From an uncultured Actinomycetes bacterium (GTDB taxonomy: Bacteria; Actinomycetota; Thermoleophilia; Solirubrobacterales; Solirubrobacteraceae): DNA of 64,000 bases. The position numbers and the translations under genes are program-made. Of the stretch, positions 60,171 through 64,000 are shown one piece after another (the stretch's first letter is position 1; the number at the start of each line of letters is the position of its first letter). The DNA lies in assembly GCA_963725645.1 (NCBI GenBank), contig CAVRZD010000002.1, positions 145,510 to 209,509 of the forward strand, in the 5' to 3' direction. The notes under the pieces were generated by a model. It searched no databases and was not told where the DNA came from. It saw nothing but the letters and a program-made list of their open reading frames with translations.

Positions 60171-61305
60171 TGGCCAGCGCGGCGAGCAGCGTTGCGTTGC
60201 GCGCCGCGACCAGCAGGACCACCGATGTGCGCTCGTCCACCAACTCCTCGTAGCGGGCGGGGAATTCGAGCTGGGTGAGCAGGACGGCGCCGCCCAGCAG
60301 CAGCGCGAGCGCCCGCTCGCCCCACGTCCAGGCCAGCGCGGCGAACGGAACGAGCCAAACCAGGAACTGCGGCGAGAGGACCTTGCCCAGCGCCGCGAAC
60401 GCGAGCACCGCAGCGAGCGCGCCGAGCAGCAGCGTGCGCTCGCCGGGCGGGCCGCGCGCGACGAGCACGACGACGAACGCCAGCGCGGCCGCGAGCAGGG
60501 CGGCGAAGACGCCCTGCACCACGTCGGCCGCCCCGCCCTCCAGCCCGTTGGAGCCGTGGGCGTCCGGCACGGTTGCGGTGCCGGTCACCCGCGAGCCTCC
60601 GAGCGCGAACAACCCGCTCGCGGGCGTGGACTCGATCTGCACCGGGCGCTCGAGCTGGTAGCGGTAGGCGTCCACGTAGCCCGAGCCGAAGAAGGGAAGC
60701 GAGATCGCCGCCACCACGGCCACGAACGCGATGGCCCCGCGCACGGCGGCGGGGCCGCGGCCGGCCGCGATCAACCACGCGGCGGCAACCGGCACGAGGA
60801 GGGCGGGGAACAGCTTCGTCATCGCCCCCACGCCGAGCAGCGCGAAGCCGACGGTCGGGCGCCCGCGGGTCAGCGCGAGGAGCGCGCCGAGCAGCAGCGC
60901 CACCGGGACGAGGTCGAAGTGCGTGCGCACGACCGCTCCGGTGAGCAGCGGCGACAGGGCGACGATCCAGGCCGCCGTGACGGCGCGCTCGCGTGCCAGC
61001 GCCGCCGTCAGCAGCATCACCGCCAGCGCCGCGACCAACATGACGACCGCGAAGCTGACGTCGTAGGAGGCGTAGCTGCCGGCGTCCGCCAGACCGGCCA
61101 GCCACATCGGCACGAGCGCGAGCGGCGGGTACTCGAACGCAAAGCCCGAGTAGGGCTCGCGGCCGGCGCCCAGCGCATCGGCGTAGCCGCGGTACACGTT
61201 GACGTCGGTGATGTGCACGTCCGACGTCGGGCCGTGGAACAGCGCAATCGCCCACACCGCCGCCAGCGCGGCCGCGGGCGCGAGCAGCAGGACCGGCCGC
61301 CTCAC
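60106..61305 (-). CDS. DUF2029/GT87-like polytopic glycosyltransferase
   Basis: DVNVYRGYADALGAGREPYSGFAFEYPPLAL loop motif. It has more than 9 TM helices. Confidence 0.65.
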   Translation of the reverse strand: MRRPVLLLAPAAALAAVWAIALFHGPTSDVHITDVNVYRGYADALGAGREPYSGFAFEYPPLALVPMWLAGLADAGSYASYDVSFAVVMLVAALAVMLLTAALARERAVTAAWIVALSPLLTGAVVRTHFDLVPVALLLGALLALTRGRPTVGFALLGVGAMTKLFPALLVPVAAAWLIAAGRGPAAVRGAIAFVAVVAAISLPFFGSGYVDAYRYQLERPVQIESTPASGLFALGGSRVTGTATVPDAHGSNGLEGGAADVVQGVFAALLAAALAFVVVLVARGPPGERTLLLGALAAVLAFAALGKVLSPQFLVWLVPFAALAWTWGERALALLLGGAVLLTQLEFPARYEELVDERTSVVLLVAARNATLLAALAITLARLAGPVRWRRLASAVTP

Positions 61306-62924
61306 CGCTCAGGCTCCCGGAAGCGGCCGAGCAGCGCCACCAGCACGAACGGCAGGAACCACACGATGTAGAGGTAGAACCAGTGGGTCACGCCGAGCTG
61401 GAGCGCCACCACGACCGCTGCCGCGAGCGCCGCCAGGCCGACGAGGTCGCGCCGCCGGGGCAGGAATGCGGCGGCGACCGCGAACGCCGCCGCCAGCGCC
61501 TGCACCACGGACTGGGCGGTGTCCCACCCGCAGAACCCCCATACCGAGAAGGGCGACCCGCGGGCGCGCTGGAACTCGATCGTGCGCTCGTAGAACGTGT
61601 CGAGGTCGCCGCCGACGAGCACGGGCAGCATCGCGACGGCGGCGACGCCCGCGAAGCCGAGCGCGAACAGCGCGACCCCGCGCACGCGGCGCGCGAGCCC
61701 GACGCCCGCCGGCCCGGCGGTGGCGAACACCGGCGCCAGCGCGAGCGGGGCGAACTTCGTCAGCCCGGCGAGCGCGACCGCCCCGCCGCGCGCCGGTGCC
61801 CAGTGGACCACGAGCAGGGCGAGCGTCAGCAGCATCGCCACCAGCCCGTCGTTGGAGTTGGAGTTGGCCGTGTACAGCGTGAACGGGAACGCCGCCCATG
61901 CGTACGCGAGGACCCAGCCGAGGCGCGGGCCGCGCAGGCGCCGACCCAGCAGCCACAGGCCGAGCAGCGTCAGCAGGTCGAAGGCCACCGACGCGGCGTG
62001 CGCCGCGGGCAGGTCGTCCCAGGTCCCGCTCCACGGCCAGATCTGCTCGAAGGGCACGTAGGCGTAGTAGTTGACGGGCCCGTAGGTGTCGCCGTGCTGG
62101 TTGTCGGCGGGGAAGTGGTTGTACAGCGACGTGCCGTCGGCGAGGCGGTCGGCGCCGATCACCCCCGCGTAGCCCACGTCGATGACGTTGGAGTTGGTGA
62201 CGTTGAGCCCGACGCGGAAGCCCACGAGGAACACGAGCGCGATCGCCAGCCACGTGGTCGGCACCAGCAGCTTGAGCGGCTCGGCGGGCCCGCCCGCCGA
62301 CCGCCGGCGCGCGACCATCAGCATCCGCACGAGCAGGTAGAGCAGGGGCGGGTAGGCAAGCGGGACCGACATCCCGATGTTCCCGTGGTCGAAGAAGGCC
62401 AGCGAGACGGAGAAGGCGAGCAGCACCAGGAGGTCGAGGTGCAGCAGCCGGAACGGGCGGCGCGGGTCCACGAACGGGACGAGGAAGAGCACGCACAGCG
62501 GCAGCCACACGTACAGCGCGCCGGCCTTGCGGCCGAAGGCTCCCGCGTACCCGCGCGCCATCGTCCACGCCACCTGGAAGCCCGTCCAGTGCTCGAGCAC
62601 GACGCCGGAGCGGTCGTCGATCAGCACCTGCGCGATCTCGCTGCCCTGGATCCGCCCCCGCTTGGGGCGGCCATAGCACGAGACCTGCCAGTGCAGGGCG
62701 CCCTTGAGGAAGGCCTCGCAGGTCGCGCCCGGGTGGGTGCCCAGCGTCCGGCGGATGTCGGGAAGGCGCTTGGCGGTCGCCACCACCTGGCGCGCCGTGC
62801 GCACGTGGTTGGGCGGCGCGCGGCCGAGGTCCGGCGGCCGGGTCAGCGCGTCGGGGTCGCTGACCGCCGAGCCCGGCGTCTGCACGGCGGCGGCGGGTGC
62901 GGCGAACAGGCACGCCGCGGCCAC
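61302..62924 (-). CDS. GT-C-type polytopic glycosyltransferase with N-terminal extracytoplasmic domain
   Basis: The core has DVGYAGVIGADRLADGTSLY...GDTYGPVNYYAYVPF and about 10 TM helices. The start is uncertain: the first in-frame GTG is at 62924, and a better signal peptide would need the CTG at 62960. Confidence 0.6.
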   Translation of the reverse strand: MAAACLFAAPAAAVQTPGSAVSDPDALTRPPDLGRAPPNHVRTARQVVATAKRLPDIRRTLGTHPGATCEAFLKGALHWQVSCYGRPKRGRIQGSEIAQVLIDDRSGVVLEHWTGFQVAWTMARGYAGAFGRKAGALYVWLPLCVLFLVPFVDPRRPFRLLHLDLLVLLAFSVSLAFFDHGNIGMSVPLAYPPLLYLLVRMLMVARRRSAGGPAEPLKLLVPTTWLAIALVFLVGFRVGLNVTNSNVIDVGYAGVIGADRLADGTSLYNHFPADNQHGDTYGPVNYYAYVPFEQIWPWSGTWDDLPAAHAASVAFDLLTLLGLWLLGRRLRGPRLGWVLAYAWAAFPFTLYTANSNSNDGLVAMLLTLALLVVHWAPARGGAVALAGLTKFAPLALAPVFATAGPAGVGLARRVRGVALFALGFAGVAAVAMLPVLVGGDLDTFYERTIEFQRARGSPFSVWGFCGWDTAQSVVQALAAAFAVAAAFLPRRRDLVGLAALAAAVVVALQLGVTHWFYLYIVWFLPFVLVALLGRFREPER

Positions 62925-62956
62925 GGCCGCGGCGGCGGCCGCGACGGCCGGCTTCC

Positions 62957-63415
62957 TCAGCCCCGGAAGCTCCAGAGCTTGTTGCCGAGGAAGTTCAGCG
63001 GCGTCGCCGTGACGATCGCGATCGCCTGCGCGAGCACCTTCTGCACGCCCAGCCCGCCGACCAGCAACTCGAGCATCGCCAGGCTGAACAGGAACGCGGC
63101 CACGCTGACCGCGAAGAAGCGCGCCGCCTGGAAGCCGGCGTGCCCGTCGCCGGCGTCGAAGGTCCAGTGCCGGTTCCAGAAGAAGTTGTTCGTCACCGCC
63201 ACGACGAACGCGACCGTTCCGGCCGCCAGGTAGTGCAGCCCGAACGCGTGCAGGCAAACGGTGTACGTCGCCAGGTTGACGACGTAGCCGCTTGCGCCGA
63301 CGGCGCCGAAGCGGACGAGCTGGAACCAGTTGTGGGTCCGGCGCAGGCCGTGGCGCACGCGGCGCCGCAGCGTCAGCTGGAGGGCTGGGACCTCGGCGGT
63401 GGCCTCTTCGAGCAT
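62957..63415 (-). CDS. GtrA-family membrane protein
   Basis: FQLVRFGAVGASGYVVNLATY...NFFWNRHWTF...NFLGNKLWSF. Four TM helices. Confidence 0.85.
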   Translation of the reverse strand: MLEEATAEVPALQLTLRRRVRHGLRRTHNWFQLVRFGAVGASGYVVNLATYTVCLHAFGLHYLAAGTVAFVVAVTNNFFWNRHWTFDAGDGHAGFQAARFFAVSVAAFLFSLAMLELLVGGLGVQKVLAQAIAIVTATPLNFLGNKLWSFRG

Positions 63416-63451
63416 CGCGGGAGCGTAGCGTGGCCGACCAGCGGATCGGTC

Positions 63452-64000
63452 TCACAGCCCGAAGTGCTCGCGCACCAGGGGCGCGATGTCGCGGAGCGTC
63501 CACTGCTCCCGCGCGTCGCGGGACTCAGGGCCGGCGCCGGCGAGGATCAGCGTCCCGTGCGAGTCCGTGCGGTGCAGCGAGCCGTGGCTGCCGCCGCCGA
63601 CGTGGTCGACCCCGCCCCAGTCGGTGAACTCGAAGCCCGGCGCCGCCGAGATCAGGAGCTCGCCGGCGTTCTCGCAGTGCAGCGCCGACCAGACCCGCGC
63701 CAGCGGATCCGGGTAATCGTCCGAGCGCACGACGCCGTCCTCGACGCGCGCGCCCACCGCGTCCAGCTCGCCCTCGAAGCTCCAGTGCCGCCCGTCGAGG
63801 TCGCGCGGGCCGCTGCCCGGCGCGAAGCGCAGCTCGCCCCGCTCGCTGCACACGACCGCCTCGTCGCCGGCGCGGCGCATGACGAGGTCGACGCCCGGGA
63901 TGCGGCGCGCCGCCCGCTCGGCCGCGCGCACGACCCGCTCTGGCCGCTCGCGGTCCAGCGCGTACACCATCGCCGAACGCCAGCCCGGGCACAGCGCGAC
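63452..64000 (-). CDS. alkaline-phosphatase-superfamily phosphodiesterase/pyrophosphatase, C-terminal part (5' end outside window)
   Basis: The frame is open to the window end. It has the GGSHGSLH metal-ligand motif near the C-terminus. Confidence 0.5.
   Translation of the reverse strand, partial: VALCPGWRSAMVYALDRERPERVVRAAERAARRIPGVDLVMRRAGDEAVVCSERGELRFAPGSGPRDLDGRHWSFEGELDAVGARVEDGVVRSDDYPDPLARVWSALHCENAGELLISAAPGFEFTDWGGVDHVGGGSHGSLHRTDSHGTLILAGAGPESRDAREQWTLRDIAPLVREHFGL

Overview
This is a very GC-rich chromosomal window (above 70% by eye). Its gene content and synteny look like a deep-branching, Actinobacteria-like lineage (Thermoleophilia/Rubrobacteria style). That taxonomy is a guess from composition and gene order only. 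I can support about 70 protein genes, two tRNAs (Arg-CCT, Lys-CTT) and one tRNA-Arg fragment. There are no rRNAs, CRISPR arrays, transposases or integrases.

Blocks in order:
- a Dpp/Opp-type peptide ABC operon
- a 2.9-kb islet, lower in GC, bounded by a duplicated tRNA-Arg 5' half
- pyrE
- a mau-like redox module (MauE / thioredoxin / Tat-exported Cys-rich protein, plus a CcdA-like beta-propeller protein)
- cell-envelope genes (L,D-transpeptidase, CPBP protease, PIG-V-like GT, PBP1A, sortase, M28 protein)
- infA and thiL
- an OmpR regulator, histidine kinase and HtrA protease
- trehalose genes (treT, otsA)
- rpsF, inverted ssb, rpsR, rplI, dnaB, a DnaC/DnaI-like loader and purA
- a nucleotide-sugar cluster
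- tatA and tatC
- menaquinone genes plus a Bacillus-type qcrABC
- hemL, a fused siroheme decarboxylase and hemB
- ABC-2 exporter, AI-2E permease, ymdB
- a GT-C/GtrA glycosylation cluster

Most interesting:
- the mau-like module at 11.8-14.7 kb
- the dnaB-coupled DnaC/DnaI-like loader
- the inverted ssb
- the tRNA-bounded islet
- about 24 mostly +1 frameshifts, concentrated in two ~4-kb patches, plus an in-frame TAG in hemB

Many long ORFs in the six-frame track are antisense artefacts of the high GC content and were ignored. All homology calls come from reading motifs, not from database searches.
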